64,000 bases of DNA from Raillietiella orientalis. Taxonomy: Eukaryota. Made by a program: the position numbers and the translations under genes. The notes beneath the pieces were generated by a model. It made no database searches and was not told the DNA's origin. It was given only the letters and a program-made list of their open reading frames with translations. The DNA lies in contig JAYWIR010000006.1 of NCBI GenBank assembly GCA_036172245.1, positions 186,001-250,000 of the forward strand, in the 5' to 3' direction. Positions 39,001-51,000 of the stretch are shown in pieces; positions within the stretch are counted from its first letter, which is position 1; each line of letters starts with the position of its first letter.

Positions 39001-42000
39001 GCGAGTTTGCAGGAAAGTGGACAGGAACTCGTGGGATGCTTGCAGACGAGCGCGAATTCCCTCCCCCGCTTCCCTTCTGGAAAGGGCAGGAGACACTGCT
39101 CGGCTTCTGGGGTGAGCCGGCACGCCCTCTCTCTCTCTTCGGGAAACCCAGTTGGCCTAAAGCCATTTTTCCTCCGCCGTGGTCATCGCCTCCACTAGGA
39201 CAAGCACTCTTGGAGGCTACCACGATCCCAATCCCGAAAACCGCCACTCACGCCTGTATACTTCCTGTATACTTCTTAACCTTGCTCACGGGCAGTATCA
39301 ACGCCGCTGAACTAAAGGGAGGTGAGATTATTGCTAGTTGAAAACTTCCGTCGGGTCCATCCATGACGCTCCTAATGCTCTCCCTCTTCAGCAGCCTTTG
39401 GGTCTCAGAGGAACAACTCCGAGGAAGGAGCTAACTCTCGTTTAGGGAAGAAAGGGGAGAGATACCTTTCCTAAAAACGACCGAAGATGACTCCGAAGGG
39501 CGAATAAGGACAGATGGGGCACCAAGATGACCTCTGAAACTTCTGAAGGGAATGGAATTTTCCAAAAAACTGTCTGGGAAGAACGGAAGGTTCCTGGAGA
39601 TGCCCAGGGAAACCGTGGTGCCCGTGGCACACACCGAGCGAGAATAGAATCTCCATGGATACGGGCGGAACCCTGGGATGCTCCAAACGAGCAAGAAGAG
39701 TTCCATCACAGGAGGGAAGACTCGCAACTTGTCCGAGATCGTGGCGTCCTTTGCTGGAACACGGTTGATGTGTCCTTCGATGAAACCGCGCGTCTGACCA
39801 TCCGGGTGATCGGGAGCGAGATGGCTCGGGAGAGCGAAGGAGATCGTGGACCACGCTCCGATGATGTAAGGACGGGGAAAATCGAGAATGCATAGCGGCG
39901 GAGACAACGTTCAGTTCCGGATGCTGGATGATGACAATTTGGGGCGTAACAATTCTGCCCACGTTCTCCATTTCTGGAATGCCCCACCTTCGCGACCTAT
40001 TCCGCGACGAAGCCTCGCGCTCAAGCCTCGAGCACTGGTGGGACCAAGGAAGCTTCGAAGAGGAGGCAGGAGACAGGATTTCCGAATTCCCATCCCGGCA
40101 TCCTGTTTCAAAGGCATTCCTGTCTCTCCTCCGGCGTCCTGTTCTTTGGGGCCCTTCCGCGATGCCCTCCAGGTTCCCTGGAGGTCCGACTGGACCAGCG
40201 CCCCGTCGAAACCATTTCGCCTCATCGAGCGCTCGTCGTCGTCGTCGGCTTGCATCCGGTCGCCCGCGGCTGAAAGCAGCGCCGAGACCCGCGTCGTTCG
40301 CTCGAGCTGACCTCTGCCTCGGTTCTCGAACTTCCTCGAAGACCAGTGGATGCGCGTCCCGGTCGTTTGGTCCGGTTCTCGAAACCAAACTTTCCAGGAC
40401 TTTCAACCACTTCGCGCGAGGTGGCTCATGGCCGTCAGTCTCCAGAAAAGATATCCTTCGAAGAGCGGGTTGGCGCTTTTTGAGAAATGATGAGCGCGTA
40501 GCATTTTTTCTTTTTTAGAATGAATTGTTTCTTAGATTTCTGGACGGTTCGTTTGGGAGCCGTGCGGGCTTCACGTTGCTCCTCTGTGAGGAGGGCAGTG
40601 TGAGTTTCGCGTTCCACTCCGACTCAGCAGTGGGTTTCTTGCAACGAATGTGTCTTCTACATTTACACGACCGGCTTTGCAATGCATATGTTCTGAAGTT
40701 CCACGCACTGCCACCGACTACTGTCTCTCCGTTCTTGTCTGTTCTGCCGTGCCGGCACACCTTTCATCGTCACACCCACATTTGACGACTTTGATTTCAT
40801 CGCAATCAGTTCACGAAAGGGAAAGAAAGACCCTTCACTAAGGATGCTCCCATTTCCTCAAGAACAATCGAAAGAGCTGGAAATTCTTTCTGGAGATCCT
40901 CGTTTACCTGTTACTATGGCACACTGGAGGAGGCGTTCTGCAGATCATTTTCAGTGAAGCTGTCCTCATAGCGGCGAAGAGGTTCTTGCTACGAGGAGGT
41001 GATGCTCACCGAAAATCTGTGCCAGTTCAAATCCTCTCGTAGGCTGTCTCCCCAGCGACCTTAGGTTCAAGGCTTGCCGACTTGCCTTCCTCAATAAGCA
41101 TATCGATTTCTCATTCCTGGAGTTTTGAATCATTGTGCTGCTAAAGGGAGCACAGAGTGCATCCGTGCAAATGAGCGTTCTCCATCACTGTGAAACGGAC
41201 AATCACGTCCATTCTCTTACGCCTTCAAGACGGAGGTTTGCTTTCGACATCTGCATCCGCGATCGCAAAACTTGGCATCTTTCCCATCAGGAACAAAACA
41301 ACAAAACTTTCTTCTTCGGACTGCCTTCTTTTGCTTCCTGATGAAAGCTGGTACCTCTTCGGTATGACATCCTAGGACTCGCTGAGCACTCCAAAAAGCG
41401 TACACTTGATTGGAACGCTTGTTTCATGCTGCTTAAGCACGGATTGCAGATTCTCATGCTCGCTTTGTCGGGAAACTTCGTGTCCAATCACGCATTGGGT
41501 GAGAGCCCTTGTGGTATAGGAGAGCTGGAAGAAGAGATGAAACCCAAGAGGAAATTCTACATTCCAGAAAGGATTAGCCCTCCCAGGGTAGCGCATGGAT
41601 TCAGTACCTGAATTACATCTGCAAGAAGAAACAGACAACAGTTCGTTTTCATGGGGATTTAGATGGTTTTCAGTCTTCGTGGAGTATAAACTCCTTGCAC
41701 CGGGAGAGGTGTTAGCGCTTGTGGGATGTGGCGTGTTCCGGGTAGAGAGGGAAGATTTCCGGTCTTCAGCGCAACCTAAACAACTGAAATTCAGGCTTCT
41801 CGTTGTAATCCTCGTAACTCGCGATTAGAAAATTTCGACGATCTTGTTTAAACCTCTCCAAAAGAACGCCGAAACTGTGCTCCCTTGAAGGAACCATTTG
41901 AAGCCTTCCTTCCGTTTCTCCATGTCCTGTTCCCAGCGAATTCCCCAAAGATGCGATTTCGTTGAGATTCCCTCGAGGCGGCAAAAGCTGAGATCTCTCA

Positions 42001-45000
42001 GAGCAAATGGAACATAACCTTCAAGGAGTTTCTGAAAGAGGGTCCGGTTTCGACGTTCCTACACAGAATTTCAAACCAATATCCTGCAGGATGAGACAGC
42101 ACGCATGATGGCAACAAATCTTCGCCTAACTCCCGTTTTGCCGAAGCGTCTCTGCACTCGCGTTGTCTCCCGACGTACCAGTCAACTCAACAGTCCCAGC
42201 ACCCTCCGAATCCTTTCTTACGTCTACCCGGTACATTACCTGTCGGATTCTGCGGGTTGTTTCGAAACTCGGTCTGCGCTCCAAGGAGCCCTTGTCATTC
42301 TGGAAGAGCTCTGACGTCAACCCGCATGTTCCCAAGGTGGTCGCGTGCGGAGGACTCTGCGTCACAGCTCCAGCGATGCTTTCGGATTCCGATTGTTTCC
42401 TGATTAAACCAGACCGTGTCCCGAAGGTCCCAGATCTGTTGAATCCCTTGCTTTCCTGACTGTAGGTGCTCTCATTTCAACATGGCCCCGCTCCTGCAGG
42501 CAGAGCCGTCCCGAGTCTTGTCCTTCTCTTGGTGTCCAAATGATACAGAGTTCCCGATTTTCGGTCTCGACTCCAGGTTTCTGTAACCAGCGTGAGTCGA
42601 CGTCTTCTTTATAACATGTAAAATATACCTTTTGCCGATCGGGGACTAAAGATGAGGATCGGATCGAGTATTTGCACGTGCGATACGGGCTTCATGGCTG
42701 CCAATCTCTGTGAGAGAGACCCACAACGTACGTCTCGTCTTTTCAGCAAGAAATATGTACACTCCATGCGAATCAGATGTACAGTGCTCCCATCTGACGA
42801 AGAATTCATTCTGCTGGTTCATCTGCCTGTGTCCCAGAGGAACGTCGTTATCGAAAGGCCTGAAGAAGCAAGAGTGCACAAGAAAAGGTAGGATGCAAAA
42901 AAAAAAAAAAAAAAAAAAACACTCCTTGCGTGCCTTGCTTAGGGGAGGGATCTTGCCGTGCTGGGAGGGCGGGAGACGTTCTCGAACGCTGTGCTGGATA
43001 TCCAGGAACCGTGCGATCGACTCTTGTCAAAAGTGCTCATCCTAGTCGTGCGGAGGGACACGCAGTGGCTTGCACGCGTTAAAACGCAAGGCCGCACACT
43101 CGGTAGAATTAATCCAATTCCTGGGTGGCTCTTTCGTCCACTTGCGCTCAAGACTTAACTTGGAGGACAGTCGATCCACATACCGTTCCAGATTTTTCAC
43201 GTCTCCATAACCGAGTATCCATCTTCAGAATAATTTGTCTCTTTGTCTGAAGAAGCTTGAAATGATGCGATGTTCCTGGTACTCTCCAAAGGTGATTCCT
43301 CTGTGTATAGTTTTGACACCAGAAAATGCACGACTACGCAGTACTGTGACGAACTTCCTTTCAGCGTACCGGATATATTCTGTCTGCAGATCTTCTCGAG
43401 GGGAGGAGTCGCGATGCGAGGTCGTGTATCATGCGATGGTCCAATGTGGTCTTCCATGAAATCATGGTACAAGTCTTCACTCGAAACAAATGCCGGCTAC
43501 ATCCTCTTGCGTTTTCTACCGCTGCGGACACTTCACAAAACCACTGCTTTTTCAGAATATCGCGGCTCGAGGTGCACCACAAACCCTACAATCCTAAAGG
43601 GTGAGGCACTTAAAATCGGCCCGAATTCGACCCCGCTAAGTGTCACCGCAAAGCCCCACTCAAGGTGGGCCGCTTCTAAGTCGCTCGCCCGGTATTTTTG
43701 GATTGTTCGCCACCATGCTCATCGCACACGTTGACCTCTGATGCCCCAGCCCGAAGACGTACTTGGTGCGGAACGGTTTTAAGGGACTCACACCACAGTC
43801 CATCTATAAAATGTTTCTGTAATCTATATGGTCCTCCGAAGCAAAATTTGGTCAAATGGTTTTCCCTGGCCCTCATTGCATGGATACATCGAGTGCCATC
43901 GCCTGGGTCTCTGCATAAAATCATTCTTTCTCTAAGACAGTAATCTGGGTTTCCTCGTGCATTCCTTCTATCTCAGATCGTTAGAAGATCGTGGAAGTTG
44001 TATTCTCTGTTTCCATAGCACGTGCAACCTGCTGATCATTAGGGAAAAGCTGCTTACGAGGGAGGAGTAAAAGAAAGGATAGAAAGAAAAGAAATGGAAA
44101 GAGGCAGCCCAAAGCAGCAAAAAAGAGAGGGAAAAAATTCTGTTGGATTTTGTGCAGCAGGGAATGGTCCGTTTCTGTGTTCCTGCGGGGTGATAATGTT
44201 AAGGATGAGGAAATCTCTGTCTAGGAAGTGCTTCCTGAAAAAGGGGGATGCAAGAGTGTTCCGCATCGCATGCGGACAGTAGCAACAGGTCCAATCGATG
44301 AGGTGATCGATGCACTCCTCAAGAGTTACAGGGCCACATTATTCTCTTTAATCTTATCACAGATCTTATCCCTTCGTTTCATCTGCTTCCCTTCGTAACT
44401 TGATGCTGTCCTTTTCTTCCTCTTCCTCACTTTTCGTGCTTTCGGTTTCTCTTCCGGATGCTACGGTTCTGTTCCCATTGTGAGACAAAGAACTCCTTCC
44501 ACCGCTTTCTCCATGACGACGAGTTGAGGATTCAAACTAAAATCAGTGCAAGTGGACAAGGGCGACTTCTCATTCTCTCTGTTCCTCCTCTTTGCTTTCG
44601 TGTGAGTCTGGCTCCAGAGAGATTATAGGAGAATGCGACGCAATCACCCAAACCCCAAGAGGCTAGTGTTCAACCGGAAACGGGAACCAGAACCCTGGAA
44701 TAGGAGCACGTACTTCGGGCTCGGCAGAAAGAAAAAAAAAAAAAAACGAGTAGAATTCGGACTCGATGAAGATTTCCTCCCGCTTTGGAGGATGTGGGAA
44801 ATAAACGACGGCACCACCTTCAAGAAGGCTCCATTTTGAAGGCCTTTCCGAAGAGGCCAGAGAGGGTCACCTGAAGATTGGATTTGAATGCTCAGAGTGG
44901 GTCAAGCATGCTCGTTTCTTGGCGTCCGTCCTTTGTCGACTGCTTGTGCGGAGGTTCCCTCCAGGATGAGGGAGGTCGGTAGATGCGGGCGTGGCCAACA

Positions 45001-48000
45001 TGCCCAGCAAATGCGGATAGAGACGGGAGAATGCAGCCGTCTGCAACTCCTGCCTCGACCCAGGAACCTGCTCTTGAAGGATGCTGGGATTAGGCGACGT
45101 CATCGGCCCCGTGGGAAGCGATCTGCTGGTTGAACACGTCGCAGACGGCCATCTTGCTGTCGGCGTGCAGAGACAGCCGCGACAGCGGCGAATCCCGGAT
45201 TCCAGACTATCTATTCCGCCATTCCTCTTCTTCCTTTCACGTTGAGAGTATCTCAGAATTACTGAAAGCGATAGCAGCTTCCGGAAACTTTCTCTCTCTG
45301 GGCTCCTTCGACCAACGAATGGAGTGCGCGGAGGACCTCAATCTGAGCATTTCGCTGGTTATTCAGGAAACGCGTCGACTTGACAGTCAACGGGGGGAAG
45401 ACGAAGGATGCTTCCTGGCTTGAACGTCCAGCCTCTAGATCGAATATCCAAGCATCTTCTCTTGTCGCATTCTCCCCCCTTTCTCCCCTCCTTCCCCTCA
45501 TAACTTATCCATATCTTTAGTTGAATTCGATTTCTTAGAGCTTCCCAGATGTTCTTGAGTCTCACCTACTCACAGGCATGTCATCTTGCAAAGGATCGCG
45601 TGCCCCAGTCTGGTTTTCCTTAACGATCTCGAGGCTTCTCGGCAGACGCTCCCACCCCGTTTCCCAACCGGTCCTTTCTCGATCGCTGGGCAGTCGTCTC
45701 TCGGCCTTGAGGCCAAAATTATCCTGGAGAAGGGAATTTCCATTCCGGCGCGGTGCCCGCGTCTCCGCTGGCCGAGTTTTTCCTTTCACTTCCGTTCCGC
45801 CGCTGCACTGCCGTGATTCGCGTCCTAGAACTCCAGCCTTGGAGCATCCTCCAGCCTCGGTACTTCCGGGGTGACCTCGGCAGCTGCCAGTCAGACACAG
45901 AAATGGGCGGACTGGAGGCGGCTTGCATCGGCGGCATCGAAATCGTCGTCATCGTGCTCAGCCCCGTGTCCCCCCCCCCCCCCCCCCCTGTTGACACTGC
46001 GTCCGTGGAAAATGGCACGTCGGGAGGCGTGCACCGCTGCTACACGGAGAACCACGAAAAGCCGCCCGTTATGCAATGCCCCGGAGGGGGAGGAGAATTG
46101 GATAGCGATATGCGCCCTGCCGAAGTCATCTTCTTTCCCCGCTCCACGTCTTCCGGGCCAAATCACGCCGAGTCGCCGCCGTTCTTTCCTTCACGAACCA
46201 GAGGTCCGCACATTTTTGCTCACGCCGCGCTCTCCGGAACTTCCTCATAAAAAGGGGGAGGGGGAGGGTGGGAGAGGAAAGCGGGTCGGCGCAGAACTCA
46301 TTCGATCCGCCGGCTCGCTGGGCGGGTGCGATCCCGGTCCCAGGCAACCGATAGCACATCGGCAGTCTCCAGGCAGGGACCTGCGCTCGCGTCACCGCTG
46401 GACAGCCGCATCTCGCGGGCAAACTTGGCGGTGGTGGGAGTTTGGGTGGCTCTGGAACGTGGCTCGGTTTCCTCTTCCCCTTCTCTTCCGATGAACATTC
46501 TTGCGGGTGCCCAGAGTGAGTGAGCATCCCCCCCCACCTCGGTCATTCACCGGGAGCAAGGTGGAGTCGGTCGCTTGCGCTTGGAGGGACAGGCAGCGGC
46601 GGTGGGCCGGCAAATTGCGCCGGCGGTGCTGTCGCGACGCCGAAGCTGCAGGGAAGGAAGGGGATGTTTTGGGAGCATTCCGCCACCTAGCCGCAGAAGA
46701 GAAGGCTTCAGGCTTTTGTGGGGATGGAGATGCGACGGTAGGTCGGCTTCGCGCGTTTTCCAACCAGCAGCCGGCATCGTTGGCATATCGGTGATAAGCA
46801 TTGGTATATGAGGTGCTCATGGGTCGGCTGGTCTAACGGAGGGGGGTTCCTATTTGCGAGGAATAGGGGCCAGGTCCGTTCCGTTGATGGGGAGACTCTC
46901 ATCTTGCACTGAAGGAGCAGCGGTCTCCGCAGACGCTCCCACGCTTACCCCAAGTGCTCGTCTTGTCTAAAATTAATGCGACACATTAATTTCAGATAAA
47001 CTAGCTATACATACATTACACATCGGTCTCAAAAGAGGCTAAGTCATCTGAAATTTTCACAAAGCTGTCCCCGGGCTCCTGGAGCAGAGGCGGCGGGGGG
47101 GTCGCTGCCGGAGGTGCAGTAGCGGAGAGTGGCGGCCGGTGGATCTTCGCGCGCACCATCGAGCGGCCACCGCATTCCTCTGCAAGCGTCCGACTCACCC
47201 TGCCCCCGCAGCAATGCCCAGGTGGCACACTGCCGGCAGCTAAGCCTGCACCCGTCACTGCCAAGGCCTTGTGCCTAGAGGGAGCAAGCTGGTCTGCTTG
47301 TCCTCCTACTTCCGAAAAGGGGAAGGGTCGCGCCCTCCCCCTGAGTTTGCCCTTCCGGCCTCCAGCGGCTGCGCGCTTGACTCTTTCACTTTCTGCGGAA
47401 GCGGGGCGAAAGCGCAGGAAGGGAACTTTCGCTCCGTCCGGTTCCCGGACGCGAGGCGCCGACTCGCCTCCTCTCCCGGCCGGAGCAGGGCGCGCTCCCT
47501 TTCTACGGTCCAACTGGAGCCGCCCGGCGGCAACTGCCGGTACCTGGGCACCTCGTGGAAACCGGAAACTCTTCCTTCCCCACTCCCCCTCCTCAGGCCT
47601 CGTGGCTGCTCTCCCCCAGTGGACGCTGGAGAGGTGCTGAGACTCCCAGAGACGCCATCCGTCGCCATCGGCGGACCCGAGTTTGGAGTAATGAGGGAAA
47701 TGCATAAGCTGGAAGGTCATGAGGCTTCTCGGAAAAAGTCGCTTGCCCCTCCTCCTCCTCCTCTTCCCCTTTCTCCTGCCCTCTTCTTCCCTCTCGGAAC
47801 ATCCTCTCGTTCCTCCTCACTTTCGAGTCGCCCGGGCGCCGAAGGCGTTTTCAAGCACTGTTGGAGCCAGCAGAGAGTTCAGGCGCCAGAAAAAAAGATT
47901 TCCCGGGGTTTCCCTCCCACGCTTCAGTGGTCTCGACATCGAATCCATAGGGCAAGTGATCGAAGGGGTGGAGGGAAGGCGGAGGACGGAAGAACGCGGT

Positions 48001-51000
48001 TCATTGCATTCCCTTCGGCGCGCAGCTTCCCGGATACAGAGACCTTTTTCCCCTCTCCCACTCCCTCCAACTCTCCTCTCCTATTGCCTACCGTCCCTTT
48101 GCTCTCGAGGATCTCGAGAAGCACTCCATGGAATCGCCGTCGAAAGCAGCGGCCGCTGGCAGGCCAACAAACAGTTCGCAGAGAAATGGCAGACGCCGTT
48201 TTGCATGCGCCTCCCCTCTAGCGGAATTACTGCGGAGCTTCATTCTCTTTCCCTCGACAGAGGGGGGGAGTGGCGATGCTCGGCAATTACTTCTCTCGGC
48301 CGCTCGTGAGCTCGCGAGACTGCACGGGAACCGCCTTTTAGAAGTTTCCCTCCCCTCTCCATCACTCCACTTCTGAGAGACCCTTCTTCTTTCCCTGCGT
48401 CATTTCTTGCAGCGACCGCCAACCCGACGGGAAGGCAGAGAACCCGATATACCCTCCCTCTTCCCAGTCCAGACAATTTTTTGTGCAGACGAAATACTCT
48501 CCCCCCCCTTTCCCTAGAGTCTTCTCTTCCCCAAGAGTTCCCCAAGTCCGCCCCCTCCTCCTGGGAGCAGAGGAGTCAGAGATTTCAGTCTCTTGTTCCT
48601 GAGTTTCGAGGGTGGGGGTCTTTGAGAGAAGCGGGGCCAAGGTGTGTCTGTGTGCTGCTGCGTGACCTCTGGAAGATCCCCCTGAACCCTCCGGTTTTCC
48701 GGGCCGGGCTTCCCGAGTAAGTGGCTACGTCTCCCTCTGCTGCACCTCAGAGGATGCTAACCCCCCCCCCCGAGCGCGCGAAGGATTTCCTTGGCTGCCT
48801 TTGCTTCGAAGGCCGTCTCCTCCTCTGAGTGGAGAAGAGGGGAAGCTGGGAGAGAGGATGCTCTCTTTTGGGATGTGCTTCTCGAATCGTCGAAGGGGGT
48901 GGGCGTGGGGGTGGATCACCTTTCCAAAGGAAAAAACCCGGTTGCCTTTCTTCCGTGGGTCGATTGCTTGCTCGGAGTCCGTCGTTGGCAGCGAACGCGA
49001 TGGCTACCTCCGGCCGGCCGGCTATTCCTCTGTCTCCCCCCATCCCCCCAGCGAGTTTCGCGTTTGTTTGCTCATTTCACCGTCTGCTCCTCCTGACCCG
49101 GACACTAGTCCTTTCGCTTGTCCAGTTCCTCTGCTCCTTGTACCTTCCTCCTCATCTTTCCTAGTTCCATCCACAAGAAGATCAAAAAGGCATCCTCCTC
49201 CGGGATGCTTTCCGGGTGCGTGCCCGGAAGGATTGCTCATGACGGGTTGTGAGGTAGGCTTCCGGAAGGAACAGGTTAGCTGCTGACAGCTGCCCGTCAG
49301 GCGGACTGGCCACTGCAGCCATGTTTCGGAGTCAAGGGTGACCCGCGGCCCCTACGGCAGCAGATCCTTTCGCTCAAAACCACGACAGATACGAACATCC
49401 CACCGTGGAATCTCAAAGGTCATCCTATGGCAATGAGAGGGCCACAGGATGCTTCCCTCTCCTTTTGTAACCCTCGAGGATGTCTCATCTAAGGATAGCT
49501 AGGACTCATGACCTTTGAACCCTTGCTGAGGAGGAGCGCTGCACGAGTGTCGCATGCTCTTTGCCGCGGCTTCTGCTCACGTTGGCATTCTGTGCTCCCA
49601 TCTGGCCCATCCCGGCTTCTAGGCTGTGAAGTCCCCACCAAACTCAAGTGTTCTCACTATCCAAGAAGGAAGTCCTGCTGTTCTTGTCTGAACCCGGGAA
49701 GGTGCGTGTCTTCCTGCCCAGTCTACAGGATGCAGACCGACAATAGTTGTCCATTTCGTGGCTGCAACGACACACGCTGGGAGCTGGTTCCGGTGCGGCT
49801 TTGAAGAAGCTGGCGACAGAAGGTCATGGAATGGAAGAGAAACAGGTAGCCGACAGCCCGCGTCTCTGTGTTGCGGTCTCTGCGCGTGGCATCATCAGGC
49901 GTCGCTGGTTCGAATACTCAGAAAGAATCGACGCCGAGAAAATAGGTGCGCCGTGGATTCAAGTTCCACCTACAAGATGACGCTAGTTGACCCACATTCA
50001 TTCGGGTGCGGCACTGGTAGCTGAAAAACTGGATGCCCCGATGAGTGGCCGGGATTTGGGAGTCGACTTTCCGAGGTCCTTCCAGGAAACAGAATCAAGG
50101 AGCCCGATTCCTTTCTGGTTCCCTTCCGCTTGTGCAAAGGAACAGTCCCTCCCACTTCGTGGGGGACCCTCCGTCTCGTACCATGGAGCTGGTGGATTGA
50201 TGATGCCTCTCCAGAGTGCAAAGAAGAGTGCCGCATCCTTAGGGGAGCACCCTTGAGAGAAAATCCAGAAGCGTCCCTCCGGGGTTCTCTTCAGAGGAGC
50301 AAACAAGGAGCGGTTCCCTTGCGGGTTCCCTCCGCAGACGCAAAAATAGAGCGATCCCTTTCGGGGGTCCTTCCGGAGAAAACCAGAGTGGAGGGCTCCC
50401 TTCGGGCTTCCTCTTCAGGAGCGGACTCCCTTCTCCGGAGCCCTTCCTGGAATCATGGGTGATCCCCTCCCAGGGAATCCCTTATCTTGAAGAATTACGC
50501 TCATTCTCGGGCGCGTTAAAGAGCTATGCAAGCCGCCAGGTGTGCCAAGGTTCTTTAGGCAATTGGAGAACCAACTAAATGAAGACCCGAAACAAAACAA
50601 AAAAAAAGGCTGGAAAGAAAACAGTGAAGACAGTAGAGAACCCCAGAGGATTTTCCATCATCCAATAGCAACAACCTCCTCGTGGGGTCTCTACTGGCCG
50701 TAATTGTTAAATAGGCAGGCTACGGTTCCGGTTGTTGCTTGGTGCATTCAAAAAAGGCGGATCAAAAGAAAAGGATGCCTTCAGATGTGTTCGAGCGAGG
50801 AACAGCATCTTGAATTTCGCCATCCTGCATCTGTCGCCTTTCCGCGTATCTCACGAGGTGAACAATTCCGGCGCCGCCTTTTTCCGACCGACGAGTTTCT
50901 CTCGGAGGGTTCCTCGGATTACCGAAGGGAAGGATTTTCTCTCCTGGATGGCCGAAGGACATCGGTGGTCTCCGATGCCGTCCTGCGTGAAGAGAGCGAA

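Noticed and set aside
49623..49804. Cys-rich peptide as an extra exon of the EB-module gene
   Set aside because: Cys spacing does not fit the module and the donor phase is incompatible.
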